NCBI GenBank assembly: GCA_002189035.1
Contig: CM007989.1
Span: 1,550,001-1,614,000 of the forward strand
Reading direction: 5' to 3'
Length of the DNA stretch: 64,000 bases
Origin: Utricularia gibba
Taxonomy: Eukaryota > Plantae > Magnoliophyta
The notes under the pieces: model-generated
Told to the model about the DNA's origin: nothing
Seen by the model: only the letters and a program-made list of their open reading frames with translations
Database searches by the model: none
Made by a program: the position numbers and the translations under genes
Shown here: positions 35,249-49,302 of the stretch, piece after piece
Layout: each line of letters opens with the position of its first letter
How positions within the stretch are numbered: position 1 is the stretch's first letter

Positions 35249-38200
35249 ATGAAGAAGGCCAAGGGGAGAAACGGTAAGTTGCTGCCTAATTCTCTGAGAA
35301 TCATTTCGTCTTGTATCAAGACGGTCTCCACGAATGCCAGCACAGCTGTTCGCTCAGCTGGTGCTTCTGTGGCTGCTTCCATCTCCTATCGCGACGATCG
35401 GAAAGAGCAGGTATTTCCAGAGACACAACTTTTATAGGAGTGTGCATCAGTTTCCTCTTCCTTCCCCTTTTGATTATTGTTCGAATGATTTCAGTCTTTT
35501 TTGGTTTATGCTGCTCTCTTGTTAAGAATTATTGTGTATTATGCTGATCAGGTCTTGTGGGCTGGCTTTGATAAACTAGAGCTTACTTCCTCTTCTTTCC
35601 GACGTGTCCTGCTACTTGGTTATGTTAATGGTTTTCAAATATTTGATGTTGAGGATGCATCTGGTTTGAGTGAGTTGGTATCTCGTCGTGATGGACCAGT
35701 TACCTTTTTACAGATGCTTCCACCTCCTGGAAGTACAAGTAGTAGTGGAAAATATAAATCTGTACATCCCATAGTTGTTGTTGTTGGGGGCCATGGGGTC
35801 GACAAGAGCACCATAACTCAGGCTGCTGGCTTGGGGCATGAACCTTGCGGTTCTAAAGAGTCATCTTGTGGGAGCAGTATTCATCCACCTTGCACTGTTC
35901 GATTTTATTCAATGAAATCAAATGAGTATGTTAAGATTATTGACTTTAAATCAGCAGTGTTAATGGTCAGATGCAGTTCACAAGCAGTAGCTATTGGACT
36001 TGAAGAGCAAGTAAGTACTTGCTGTTTTGAGTGTGGCACTAAGTCCCTTATTATTTTTTTTTTCGTGCCTTCCCCGGCATGTATGACTTAGTACCTTTTC
36101 AACAACTTATCTGCTGTCTTTTTATATTTTGAGCAGATTTTTTGCTTTGACACTCTTAGTTTGGAGAAGAAATTTGTCGTTATGACCTATCCTGTACCCC
36201 AACTTGGAGAACCAGGATCTATGGGTATCAACACCGGATATGGTCCAATGGCTGTTGGGACAAGATGGTTAGCTTATCCTCCGAATCGACCATTTTTAAA
36301 AAATGTAGGTCGAATAAGTCCAAGGATTATTTCAACTAGCGTTACTCCATCATCATCTCCCCAAAGTGGAACCATGATGGTTCGCTATGCAGTAGAGTCC
36401 ACCAAGCATTTAGCGTCTGGATTGTTCACCCTGGGTGACATGGGATACAAGAAGCTAACCCAGTACTATCCTGATTTGCTTCAAGATGGCTCTGGCAAGA
36501 TGGTGGCATCTGAAGCTGAAAATGCTGGACTGGTAAGCGACCATATGTTTATTTTTGTTATTATTATTATTTCTTATGATTGCATGTCCCTGTGAAATAT
36601 GCAGCTATTATCGAGTTTCACATTTGTTAAAGCTGTTGATTGCATTTCATAGTGTTTCCCTGAAACGCAGGTTGCTGTGAGGGACCTTGTTTGCTCAGAT
36701 GTTATATTGCAGTTCAGGGCTCATAAAAGCTCAATATCTGCTCTTTGTTTTGATCCAAGTGGGACTCTTCTTGTTACTGCCTCTGTGCATGGAAACAGCA
36801 TAAATGTATTCAGGATCATGCCTTTTCACAAGTGTGATGGTTCAGATTCTGATGACTGGAAAGCTTCGTATGTGCATCTTTTCAAACTTTATCGTGGAAT
36901 GACTAATGCTGTAAGTATACGCCTGTTTGTTATTTTTTTTTATTCCTCCTATAAGTGCATTGCTTCCCAGTCACTGAAACGCACAAATTCATGGCGTTTT
37001 TTTCTAATGCTTGGTCAGGTCATTCAGGATATCTGCTTCAGTCAATGCAGTCAGTGGATTGCTGTTGTGTCATCCAGGGGCACATGCCATATTTTTGTTA
37101 TGTCCCCCTTTGGGGGTGATGTTGGTTTTCGGAGTTCTTGTGGACCAGGGGGGAACTTTCTGTCCTTAGTTCCTAGTCCTCCATGGTGGTCGACATCACT
37201 GTTTACAGTAAATGAGCAGAATCCTTTGCCTCCATCGACTCGTGCTCTCTCTGTAGTTGCTCGTATAAAATGCAGTGATTCAGGATTGCTAAATTCAGTA
37301 AGCAATGCTGCTTCTTCAGTGGTGGGAAAGATATGGATCCCACATGGAGCTGTTACTGCGGTCTTCCTCAATTCTCAGTCCACTGCTTCTATGGATGTTA
37401 AGTTGAACTCTCAACCCTTAGGGCAAATCATGGTTTATACTCCATCGAGTTTTGTGGTTCAACATGAAATTAAGCTTCATATCGGATCTGAAATGAATGA
37501 CAGTGAAGCCATTCTTCTAGCTTCACAACCCGAAAATCTGAATCAGGAGGTAAGGGTGAAAGTTGAACCATTACGATGGTGGGATGTTTGCAGAAAATTG
37601 GATAACATGGAGAGGGAAGCTTCTTTTTCTGGGTGTATATATGATGGACCAGATGGGCTTGATGATAGTGATTATTCCAAAACAGGGTTCCAGGATAAAA
37701 TGTGTCCTGGTGAAAAGAAATCAGTGATGTCTAATCCGCTGAATTCTCCAGGGAGGTCGCACTGGTATTTATCTAATGCTGAAGTGCAAATAAAATCCTG
37801 CAGGGTGCCCATATGGCAAAAAACGGTAGTTCCACTTTTGGCCTAACTTCTTTTGTAGTCACAAACGTGTCCTCAACCTGCATATTTTTAACTAGGATGC
37901 TTGTCCTTCTCCAGATCCATTTCCATGTCCTGGAATCGCCACAAGTTGGATATGATTCAAATGGGGAGTTTGAAATTGAGATGGTTTCTTCACACGAAGT
38001 AGAGATAAAGCACAGGGATTTATTGCCAATATTTGAGAACTTCTGCAGGGTGCAACCTGGAGCGGCCGTGGGGTGAGTGAATTTTGTATGTCCCTTTCTA
38101 CTGATTTTGCCTCTTTTTTTCTTCCCATCGTTTGGTGTTTAGTCAATAATGCACTTCTGATGCTCGTATTCGGTCTGTGCATCATTTTATCCTGTCAGCT

Positions 38201-39213
38201 TGATCCATACATGCTCATCTCACACTTTGCATAAAGCTATGTTCAGCAAGTTCTGAAATTTAAGAGCATTGCCAATGAATAATGATAATTTTTAGGTTCA
38301 AGATTTGGTAATTCATTTTAAACTTTTGTTGAAAAAAATTATGTTCTTCAACTAATGGCTATCAAGATTGGGACACCAACTGCAGCATTAATCTCTGCTA
38401 GGCTTTTTTGTGTGTTTATCTAACTTTCATTTCCTCCATTCAACCTAGACTATTTAGGACACATTGACTGCTTGTGCAGATCTGTATCTTCCGGACAGAA
38501 GTATCCTATTGCTTCCACCAAGTGTTTCGAAACCAGAAAAAAGTCCAATGAAGCAAGCATTATGTGTCATTCAAAACCGCCCTCATGCAGCTCTACAGAA
38601 AGCTCGGAAGGAGGTAATCGACGATCAACTCACTATTCCTTGTTATTAACTTGAGTAAAAAGAAATGTTTTCTTTGAAGAATAGAAGAAAGTAACTGATG
38701 GTCTTTTATTGAGCAACATCACCTTGATGACATTTGCATCAGGTTCATCCTGGAGAATGGAGAATTTGCTTGATTTGGAGCACACAAGCCTGGGTCATTT
38801 GAACTCCATAACCGGTGAGGGTAATATCTCAAGGTTCTCACCAAAAGACCAGAAATCAGGAGGAGTCTTCCTCGGACACTACCATGAGGAAAGTTGCAAT
38901 GATAATGCAACCATCAGTCTCCCATCATCCTCACTGGGAAACGAATCTCCATCCACAAATGCAAACTCAGATGTCGATGCTCTACAATCATCGACACATC
39001 TTGAAGATGAAGCAGGCCTGGGGTTGCTACATAACGCATGCTCCAACAACACCAGAAGTGAGTTCGACGAGCACGAAAACACCCAAGACGAGGAAGGGTG
39101 GATTGGTGAGACGCTCGTTTTCCCAGATGAAGGTATACTCATCATACTATCCATTGGTTCATCCAATCATCCCTCGGCTCCTAGTAACAGTAGTCTTCCC
39201 TGTTGCAGGCTAG
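35249..39213 (+). CDS. ATG18g: Autophagy protein ATG18g/h-like (WD40 PROPPIN with BCAS3-type extension), multi-exon
   Basis: LLPNSLRIISSCIKTVSTNAS, GPMAVGTRWLAY, QFRAHKSSISALCFDPSGTLLVTAS, LYRGMT, WYLSNAEVQI and a terminal DE/G*. Confidence 0.88.
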
Positions 39214-40310
39214 CTGGGCATGCGAAGCACCTTGTTGATGTTTGTAAGTACTTTGTATATATAGAGAAGGAGCACGACCCGTTGTACATATCTGTGGATG
39301 GTGCCATCTTCCTCTCTCTGCTCCTTCATGTCTCTTATAGTACATGTGCGCTTGCTCTGTTACATGAGTTTAACCAAGAGATTAAATGAGAAGATTGCAT
39401 GCACATTCTTGGTCCACTTTTTTCTATATTTTTAAACAGTTGTTTTTGTACAAGCAAAAAAAATGCATTTTTTGATTAAGTAAATGATTTTCTGCAGTTA
39501 AATTTGTTCTCTGTGATTTGTTTATAAGGTTCATGAGTGTGCAGATAAGACGAAACAAAAGACCAAGAGTCAAAAGCACAAAAAAACAAGGAGAAAGAGA
39601 AAAACTGGAATCTGCCTGAAACTGTAGTGGAGTGCGGACAAGGCGACCACAAGCGCATTTTGGACAAGCCACGCCAAGACAAAACAAACGGGAATGCGTT
39701 TCTTTTGTCCTTTCCACATATTTGCTTCCCACGTTCCTGCTTCATCTCTCAAAATGGGTCCTGGCAAAAAGATAACCCACCACGGGTCGGGTCTGCTGGC
39801 CATTGACCCGCATACCCGGCTCGGATGTGCGTGCATTCGGTAGGAAGAAGAGGACCGAGACCACCTGTATGTGGTACGGAGACGGTGTGGGTGCATGCAG
39901 AATCAGGCGTGGGTTTATAAAAATGGTGTGGGTCGGGGCGTATCCCCCACCCTACTGTTCTCCAGGTCCGTCCCCATTTCCCATGCCTTCTCTGGTTTCT
40001 TTGCCCTTGACTGCTCTTCTTGTTCTTCATTCCCACTTTTATCTGGCCCTCGATTTCCGAGCCTCTTTGATTTCCAAATGAATCTGTATCTCACGCAGCC
40101 CCTTTTTGCTGAATCCTGAGTGAAGAACGAATACGAGTCATCCGTTTCGGACAAGGGGGTAGAAGTGAAAGCAACAGAATCTCTGGGCTTCTTGCTTTTG
40201 TTTCTTGGGGTGGGTGGGGAAAGTGAAACGGCAAACAGGCTGTGTGCATCCATCCCCTGTTCCAGGGATATTTCAAGAAGTGCTTCTTTCGTTCGTTCCT
40301 CCGGTCACCC

Positions 40311-41669
40311 ATGGCCGGGAGCAATGAAATTAGCATCAGTGAATCGAAGGTCCAGCAGATGCCCTGCATTTGAGTTTGGGGGTCTTCTTTCTTCCTGCTG
40401 TAGTTTTGGGATCTGGGTTCTTGATTTGGGTGCTTGTTGTGTTGTTGACCTGATTTGGGTGCTTCTGTGCAGTGTGTTTGGCCTTTTAGGGATTGTTCAT
40501 CTTGTTTCCTCGGTTCTTTGCTTCTTCTAGATACAATTCCTTCGTGCGTTTTTTATTCTGTTTCTGTGTCCTCTGTGTCTCCGATTTTTGATTTTGCTGC
40601 TTCTGAAAACGATGCATCGTTTGTGTGAAGTGTTTCCGTCAACCGTCTTCTTGAATTGATTTTGTCTGCCTGCAGAGAATAGTGCCTCTCAACACTTGGA
40701 TACTGATATCCAATTTCAAGCTCGCGTACAACATGCTCCGGCGACCGGACGGCACTTTCAACCGCGAATTGAGCGAGTTTCTTGACCGGAAGGTCCCTGC
40801 AAACGCTTTGCCGGTAGATGGGGTTTACTCCTTCGATGTGGTTGACCGATCTTCGTGTTTAATCAACCGCGTTTATCTTTCGTCGTCGCCGGAAAACCCG
40901 TCGAAATGGGGGTCGTGGAGCTGGAGAAGCCTCTGAGCGCGACGGAGATTGTGCCGGTGATTATATTTTTCCACGGCGGAAGCTTCGTTCATTCCTCCGT
41001 CAACAGCGCGATCTACGACACCTTGTGCCGCCGCCTCGTCAGATCCTGCAGAGCCGCGGTTGTGTCCGTTAACTACCGCCGCTCGCCGGAGCACAGATGC
41101 CCGCTCCGTACGACGACGGCTGGGCCGCCCTCAAATGGGTACACTCCCGATCGTGGCTACGAAGTGGGAACGACTCCAAAGTTCACGTTTATCTAGCCGG
41201 CGACAGCTCTGGCGGCAACATTGCTCATCACGTTGCTGTACGAGCGGCGGAGGAGGGAATCGAAGTCCTCGGAAACATCCTTCTTCACCCCCTGTTCGGC
41301 GGCGAGGAGCGAACGGAGTCGGAAAAACAACTGGACGGCAAATTCTTCGTCAGAATCCAGGACCGCGATTGGTATTGGAGAGCTTACTTGCCGGAAGGAG
41401 AAAACAGAGATCATCCCGCCTGCAATGTCTTCGGACCCCGGTGCCGGAAACTCCAGGGCGTTGCGAATTTTCCGAAAAGCCTCGTCGTGGTGGCCGGCTT
41501 GGATCTTCTACAAGACTGGCAACTCCGATATGTCCAAGGTCTGAGAAACTCCGGCCAACGAGTGAAGCTCCTTTACTTGGAAAAAGCCACCATCGGATTC
41601 TACTTCATGCCCAACAACGACTATTTCCCCTGTCTCATGAACCAGATCACAGACTTCATTCATGCTTAA
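40311..41669 (+). CDS. GID1: Gibberellin receptor GID1 (GID1b-like); intron 40350-40675; two apparent 1-bp deletions (~40910, ~41100)
   Basis: MAGSNEISISESK/RIVPLNTWILISNFKLAYNMLRRPDGTF, HGGSF, GDSSGGN, DRDWYWRAYLP and ATIGFY. Confidence 0.95.
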
Positions 41670-42184
41670 ATTTCTCCGGCCGCCCGTTAACCCAAGGATT
41701 AGGGTAACTAATTGATAATTAGTTTCCAATACGATATTTTCATTAATAATGTATTAATAATTATATTATGTTAATATACTGATAAAAGAATGCTTACGAG
41801 TCATTATTATATATTTGAAAAAAATAAAAAAAATCTAGAAGAATAATTATATAAAATATTTTATAATTAAACTATTGTTTTTTTGGGTAAATAAAATTAA
41901 TAACTTTATTTCCAATAACAAAGGAAACAGAGGAGGAGAAATGGGAGGGGTATAAAGGTAAACCGAAAAAATGTAGGAGAAATTTGAATGTAGCGGCCGC
42001 CGTTTATTGTAAGGAAACAAAGAATTAAAAAAAAAAAAGCCCAGCAGGTTCGAACAACCAAACCCCACTTCATTCACTGCCTTCCATCTCTTCTTTATCT
42101 TCAATGCCCTTGCAATGGAGTAACAAGCGTCATAAATCCCTTCCTCAAACTACCCATTTCTCTTTCCCTAGAAACTGAACCCAA

Positions 42185-44578
42185 ATGGGGGCACCCACGC
42201 CGCTGGTTTCTGACTCCGGCGCGGCGGCGAAGTCAGAGCTTACCAGATCCGCGGCGAAGCAACAGCAGATTTCTTTGTTGGATTTCATTTTGTCTGCTCT
42301 GAGAAAATCGATGGTGTCTACTTGTCGATTGGACGACAGAGAGGATCACGGAGTGATTTCTGCCGTCCGTCAGATGGAAATTGGGTGGCCCACTAACGTC
42401 CAGCACATAACCCATGTCACATTTGACAGGTTCCATGGATTCCTGGGGCTTCCTGTTGAGTTTGAGGTCGAGATCCCATGTAAAGCTCCTAGCGCAAGGT
42501 ATGTTCAATCCCCAGATCGTCGTTTTTCTGTTTTTTGCTTTGAGTTTCCATGCAATGGCATGAATTTCTGTGAAGTTAAGTTTAATGGAAATCTGGGTCT
42601 TCCTCTCCGAACTCCCAAGAAAAGAGACCTGCGCTTTATGTTAATTCAAAGCTGTAGACACAAAGTCCTGGGACTTTTTAGATGCTTTTCCCCTTTCTTA
42701 AAGTGAGCATATTCTGAAGGGGATACTTCCTTTCCATGGTAGAGGATCTAAGAGGCTGTTTTTCTAAAATACAAAAAAGCATCTGCTGCTTTAACTTGAA
42801 TTCTCAGACAATTCATCAAAAAAAAAAAAGGAAACCAATGTATGCCTCTTTGCAAAACCATGAGCCATGTAGTTGAAAGATGAATTGGTGGCTAGCCCTT
42901 TTAGTGCTAGATGAAAGCATTTGTTCATAGAACAGAGGCCATCATGATGATATTTTAGAGAGTAGATACCTGACTGGTGCCTTTCCTTTTCACCGATTGA
43001 AGTTCTTGACTATCCACAGCGTTCATCAACTGCTCTATAGACTAAAAGGGTAGGTGTCATTAGACGTCGGCTTACTTGGGACCAAACATTAAAACATGGA
43101 GGCTGAGGTCATACTTTCTAACTCCTTGCTGGTCCACAAGCATCGGAATGAAGAATCTTTGCTCACCTTGATTGGTAGCCTGGAAACTTGATAGTGGTAG
43201 TTTGAGGTGACTTGGCTTCACTAAATTTGTATTTTCTGCTTGCTGAAGCCGAAGCAGCACAGGCATTCCTCAGTAGAGCTGTCAAGTCCTTCACGTACTC
43301 CACTGCAACTGTAGTGCTAATTCATATGTAGTATAAAAAAAATTAGATGAAAACTAGAAGTAGCAGTTGAGGTGGCAAACACCGGGTAAAAAGAATGCAC
43401 TCCAAGTGTTGGTCGGAATAGTAGATCTATTTTGAGGGTAATCTTGAGAGCTGATATTTTGGTTTCATTGTGCTTCCTTTGATCTGTTTCAGCGTCAGTG
43501 TGTTTGGGGTCTCTCCAGAGTCGATGCAGTGCTCCTACGACTCAAAGGGCAACAGTGTTCCAACCATTCTGATGCTAATGCAGGAGAGGTTGTACTCACA
43601 AGGAGGCTTGAAGGTGAGTTCGTTAAGCACCAAGGAGGTGAAGCCCTTCTCTTTTTTTGATGCTTGATTCCTGAGCTGCGCTCGTTGTCTCTGCAGTCAG
43701 AGGGGATTTTTCGGATAAATCCAGAGAACGGCCAAGAGGAACGTGTACGGGACCAGCTCAACAGTGGCATTGTGCCCCAAGACATAGATGTCCATTGTTT
43801 GGCCGGTTTGATCAAAGCCTGGTTCCGGGAGCTGCCATCTGGTGTTCTGGACGGCCTGTCTCCTGAACAGGTTCTGCAATGCGATACTGAGGAGAAATCC
43901 ATGGAGCTCATCAAGCAGCTGAAACCGATGGAAGGTGCTCTTCTGAGCTGGGCTGTCAATCTCATGGCAGATGTGGTGGAGGAGGAGGAGGCCAACAAGA
44001 TGAATGCAAGGAATATTGCTATGGTGTTTGCCCCTAACATGACTCAGGTTCCAGCGAGTTCCTTGGATGAGATAGAATCAGTACTCATTGATTGGCTGTT
44101 GGCTCGGCTCACTCGTTCTGCCGTTTGGTTTGCAGATGTCTGATCCTTAACAGCTCTCATGCACGCAGTGCAAGTTATGAACTTGCTGAAAATGCTGATC
44201 ATGAAGGCTCTCCGGGAAAGGGAAGGATACTCTAATCAGTCATCCTGTTCATCAGGTGCACCGAGCGACGTGGAATACGACAAGAAGCAAGAGATGGAGG
44301 AGATCAGCTGTGAATCAGCTGGGCCAGCCTCGGAGAAGGATGAGCAAGAAGAGTGCAGCAGCAGGGACCATGGCGAGTCTCTGAGTGACATCGAAGAGAG
44401 ATTCCTGAGCCAACTGGATGACGACGACAATTCAAAAAATGGGTTCCGTCGACAGCTTGAAGGCATCCTGTGCAAAGACAATGCAAGTCCTCCAACTGCT
44501 TCTGCAACTATGAATCCCGAGTCCTCTTGCCTTTCTTTATCTGATAGCAGAAAGGGAGGTTCATTTCTCTGTAGGTGA
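42185..44578 (+). CDS. CRIB-domain Rho GTPase-activating protein (RopGAP); apparent 1-bp deletion at ~44147
   Basis: CRIB MEIGWPTNVQHITHVTFDRF, GAP domain EGIFRINPE, DVHCLAGLIKAWFRELP, NKMNARNIAMVFAPN and MHAVQVMNLLK. Confidence 0.9.
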
Positions 44579-45074
44579 CTCTTCAATTCGGTTGCTGCTT
44601 CGTGCCTGAAGACATCAAGGGCAGGGAGAAGTTCATTGCCAATGCAATGTCTAGTTAGGTAACATCTTGTTCTCTGCTGAAATCAGTATCCTGTTGATCC
44701 TGCAAGTTAGTACCTCAAGTAAACCAGTTTCCAATGTTTCAAGACAAAACAGATTGATCTAGGTTTGTAACTCCTTTTCTTCAGCATAGGGCTGAATCTA
44801 AAATGATCTTTTGTGCTTCCATACTTCCTCAGTCGTTCATACTGAATACTGAGCAAAAAGATTCTGCTTCGAAAGCAACTAATATTATACAATCATACAC
44901 AATTCAGATGCTCTGTGGTGTTTCTGTTTGATTCTTATGCACATATTACGTATGAAGAACAAGCCTATTTGGCTCATCATTTTACAAGATTTCGGAAAGA
45001 ATCTATACAGCACAACATACCTGAATTTGTGCATGAAACATGTATGAGAAACCTGGAATTGTTCCTGGTGTTTC

Positions 45075-45575
45075 TCAGATATGCAATCCATCTCCATTAT
45101 CGGACTCTGGAGCCAAGCAAGCTTCCCAAAACAGCTTATCCCTCTCCTTCTCGTTCACCGCCTTCGAATCGGAATCCTCGCTTGCCGTAGGTGATCCAGA
45201 TTTCACCACCTCCTCACCTCGATCACGGCGGCATTGCTCCACAACGCCGTCCTCCTCCTCACTACACTCCCCTCCATCATGACCGTCATCACCATCTACA
45301 ATTCCGTCCCCGGCTTCAACGTCTTCATACACCTCCACAATACCAGTTCCTGGCGTCAATCCGTAACTACACGACTGCGCATCGTCCTCATACACCTCCA
45401 CAATACCAGTTCCTGGCGTCAATCCGTAACTACACGACTGCGCATCGTCGTCCGCCGCCTGCAATGTTTCGCTTCCCGGCGCCAATGCACCTTCAGAACA
45501 CTGCGCCTCCGAATCACCGGTGGATTCGAGTAATACGTGACAAGAGGCACCGATCCATCGCCGCGCCTCCTCCAT
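45075..45575 (-). CDS. Acidic plant-specific protein of unknown function (ESTGDSE / DDAQSCS / LFWEACLA motifs)
   Basis: Single-exon ORF; first ATG at 45575. The three motifs are recalled from a small uncharacterised plant family. Confidence 0.7.
   Translation of the reverse strand: MEEARRWIGASCHVLLESTGDSEAQCSEGALAPGSETLQAADDDAQSCSYGLTPGTGIVEVYEDDAQSCSYGLTPGTGIVEVYEDVEAGDGIVDGDDGHDGGECSEEEDGVVEQCRRDRGEEVVKSGSPTASEDSDSKAVNEKERDKLFWEACLAPESDNGDGLHI
45325..45449. repeat. Near-perfect 63-bp in-frame tandem duplication (21 aa DDAQSCSYGLTPGTGIVEVYE x2)
   Basis: Units start at 45325 and 45388. Confidence 0.95.
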
Positions 45576-47470
45576 CCCCACCGTCGGTGCCTCAACAACA
45601 CTATCAAGGTCAGCGAAACTTGCCTTTCGAACACACTTCTCTTTTCTTGTCTCGGAATTGGAGTTTAGGTGAAGAAATCGATGCCTCCGGGCGCTGTCTC
45701 GTTGTTTGGACGCCTCACCGGTATCTTCGGTGCTGTTCAAACCCGTTTAAATTTGACTTTTCATAAACCGTCTTCCCATATTCCAAAAAATAATTTAAAA
45801 AATATATAATATTACCAAAAACAAATAAATCGATCCTAAGTTTTTTAATTTAAAAGATATGCATGTGATTGGGCTTCTAGAAGAATAATATCAATACTTT
45901 TCATGTTGATAAGTGGGCTCCGTATCACAGTACACGTCCCCTCTCCGTCTTCTAGAAGGATGTGGGCCCGCACCTCACGCGACGCCCCACGGTAACCGTA
46001 GCACTACCCGATCCAGAGGATTTGCACCCCTTGTTTGGGCTAGACTCGAAACTTACTCTGTTGGGCTGATAAATCGATGGCCCATTGGATGGCACATGTT
46101 GAGAGTCCACAGAAGGCCCAAGTCGGTAGGCTGTTATTTTGATATATTTCTTGTGTGTGTTTATATTATTAAACAAAAGTTACAAAATAAAATTTAAAAT
46201 GCATTAAATTATGTATTAATGTGGTATTGAGATTTATTATCTATTTCTTGTCATTTTTAATGCAGATGAAAGCGTGGGAAATATATTTAATAAATATGAA
46301 TCATGTAATATGTAGGCCTTTTGCAAAACTAGTAGTGAAAAAAATATTATAATAATAAGGAATTATAATGTTTTCATGGGTAGCTCATTAAATCATTCGT
46401 TAACCATAATTAAATTGTTTTAGATCGTAAATTATTCATAATGGGAATTGTATTAAAATAAAAAAATGTATTGACTCGTTTTAGATTATAAATCTTTAAT
46501 CATTTTATAGTAAAATTAGATTCTGTAATTAACATTAATAATTATTGAAATTTATTGAATTATATTTTATTAATTAAATAAGATATTATTAAAAATTATA
46601 ATATATATTTTTTATTTACTTAAAATATTATTATATTAAATAATATAATAATTTAATATATTAAACTTTATAATATATTATTTTATTTTATTAAATTTTA
46701 TAATATAATTGTATAGTATAATATAAAATAATTTTATAATATTAAATTAATTATATTCACATAATTTTAAAAATGATTCTATTTTATATAACAAGTCCAA
46801 ATTGTGTTAAGATCAATTGAATCATTTTGGATTGTGAATCGATCTCATGAATCATTTATGTTCTAACAATTTTTCGATGATAATATTAGCAATGAAAATG
46901 AATATTAATAATAAAAAATGTTGGATGCCAACACAAGTCAAATAGAAAGTGTGTCCACTTGAGAGGGGAAAGGAGATGGAATTGTTTTAATTAAACGCTT
47001 TAAGTAAAAACAAACACGTAATTAGTGTTTGACTTTTGTATGGTTTCATCTTTGGGGGACTTTTGAGGAATCGCTTTCCAGCGCAGATGGAGGATAATTT
47101 TCCTTCTTCATTTTATGTATTTATATTACTCCAGGGAAGTAGACAGGAAAACGGTGAACACACAATTCCCAGTTCCGTAGAAACGCGCTCCTAAAAAGCG
47201 TTTCTTTTGGTGTTGCTGGTTTCGTCTACCCGAGCTTTAATTCCTTCTTCTTTGCGCTTCCAACGCGGTTTTTCCGAGTGATTCGGATATGGGTTTCACT
47301 CAGTAGGAGCTGATTCACTTTCCCACATTTCGTTTTCATTACGTTTTGGGTTTTGTTGGAACCATGTGAAAATTTAAAGCCTTTTGTCTTTCTTGCTCTG
47401 GAGATTACTTTTTCTGGGTTTCACGTTTCGAAGCTGGTTTTGATCTACTGCTCTGGACTTGTTTGGAGTT

Positions 47471-49302
47471 ATGTCGTTCAAGAGTTTGTTGCAAGACATG
47501 AAGGGTGAACTGAGTGGCTCCAGGAAGGGACTTGATGGCAAATCTCGGACTGGATCGAGGTCCGGGTCGAATCGGGTGGCCCGATATTCTTCAGGATTTG
47601 TTGATGATGCCTTCAAGCAGAGCTGCTGGGCAAATATGCCTCCAGAGTTATTGAGGGACGTGCTTATGCGAATTGAGGACTCTGAGTGTACATGGCCTGA
47701 GAGGAGGAATGTGATTGCTTGTGCTGGTGTTTGTCGGAGCTGGAGAGAAATCATGAAGGACATAGTTAAGACCTTGCAACTCTCTGGGAAGTTGACTTTT
47801 CCAGTTTCACTGAAGCAGGTATCTTCCACTTCTTAAATGATCATTGTATAAAGACCCGCATCTTCTTATCGTAGAATACATTCCATTTGCTGATGACACA
47901 ATTTGATGCTCTGCACTTAGATTCTCCCTAATCTGGGTACTTATCGTTACCCCCATTTCGTTTACTCATTGAGTTACAGATGATTTCATTGCACGAAAGG
48001 TCAATCCTTGAAATCAATGAAACTGTTCATTATGATACTAGATGTTTCTTGAGATTCCTATGTGCACAGAAGTTTTGATAGTCCTCTTTGTTGTACGAAA
48101 TTTGGCTTTTTTGATACTCCATCTACTCACTCTTTATGTTGTAGTTTTGCACCTAACATATTGGATGTTTGTGCAGCCGGGCCCTAGAAACGGTTTGATT
48201 CAGTGCTTCATAAAGCGGAATCGTGGAAGTCAGTCCTATCACCTTTACCTAAGCCTGAATCAAGGTAGGGCAGTAAGATCACGCTACTAGTATCGTTCTG
48301 GACTTCCATTTTGATCGTCTGTAACAAGGTTTTGTATCAACAGCTTGCAATGATGAGGGGAAATTCATTCTTGCTGCTCAAAGATGCAGAAGACCAACTT
48401 ATTCAGACTATATTATATCTCTGAATCCTGAAGAAGTGTCAAGGGGCAGCAGCAACTACATCGGGAAGTTGAGGTAAATGATTCAAGTTCCGGGAATCAG
48501 AATTCACTTCCCTGTAGCTATGATGGTGACACTCTTTGCTGTTTCTGTTTCTACAGGTCTAATCTTTTCAGGACCAAGTTTACCGTGTACGATGCTCAGG
48601 CCCCAACAGCGGGAGCTAAATTCACCAAGTCCCGTTCAACCAGAATCATGGGACTGAAGCAGGTTTCGCCCCGAGCCCCTGCTGGTAACTATACTGTGGC
48701 TCATGTGTCGTATGGCCTGAATATCTTAGGATCGAGGTAAGATGAATTGTTTCATTCACCACATGGATTGCTTGAGTTTTAGCCGTTGATTTCTCATGCA
48801 ATGTGAATGGTTGCGTCGTAATAGAGGTCCAAGGCGGATGCAGTGTGTTATGGATGCAATACCAGCATCAGCAACTGATCCAAGCGGTGTGGCTCCAACT
48901 CAGACTGAGCTTCTCCCGGCAAGCTTGAACTCTTCTCCCTCCCGATCCTTTCACAGGTCGAAATCAATCCAAATGGATAACCTTGACGATGATGATGAAA
49001 CTCCCCATTCCCACTGTGAGGAAATGCTCGTTTTGAAGAACAAGGCACCCCGGTGGCACGAACAGCTTCAGTGTTGGTGTCTCAACTTCAACGGGCGTGT
49101 GACGGTTGCTTCAGTAAAGAACTTCCAGTTAGTCGTTGCTCGTGAAAACTCCGCAGCAGATCAGGAGCAGGAGAAAGTTATTCTCCAGTTTGGGAAGGTG
49201 GGAAGGGATGTGTTCACCATGGATTACCAGTACCCCATTTCAGCTTTTCAAGCGTTTGCTATCTGCCTAAGCAGCTTCGACACAAAGATCGCTTGTGAAT
49301 GA
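47471..49302 (+). CDS. TLP3: Tubby-like F-box protein (TLP3-like), multi-exon
   Basis: [15 protein letters not shown]-box [42 protein letters not shown] and FDTKIACE*. Confidence 0.93.

Noticed and set aside
40311-41669. Calling GID1 (and HEMA, NdhT, UGT, CYP, RopGAP) pseudogenes
   Set aside because: The breaks are all 1-bp deletions, mostly in short homopolymers, with full conservation on both sides. Sequencing error is more parsimonious.
1-41669. A gibberellin module linking CYP72A, the SWEETs, the UGT and GID1
   Set aside because: GID1 is over 25 kb away with many unrelated genes between, and the SWEETs known to carry GA are clade III. Nothing in the sequence supports the link.
46200-46950. 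Extremely AT-rich tracts (also ~4000-4300, 6640-6900, 8230-9000, 53030-53200) as Helitrons or MITEs
   Set aside because: No termini, hairpin or TSD could be identified by eye; low complexity alone is not evidence.
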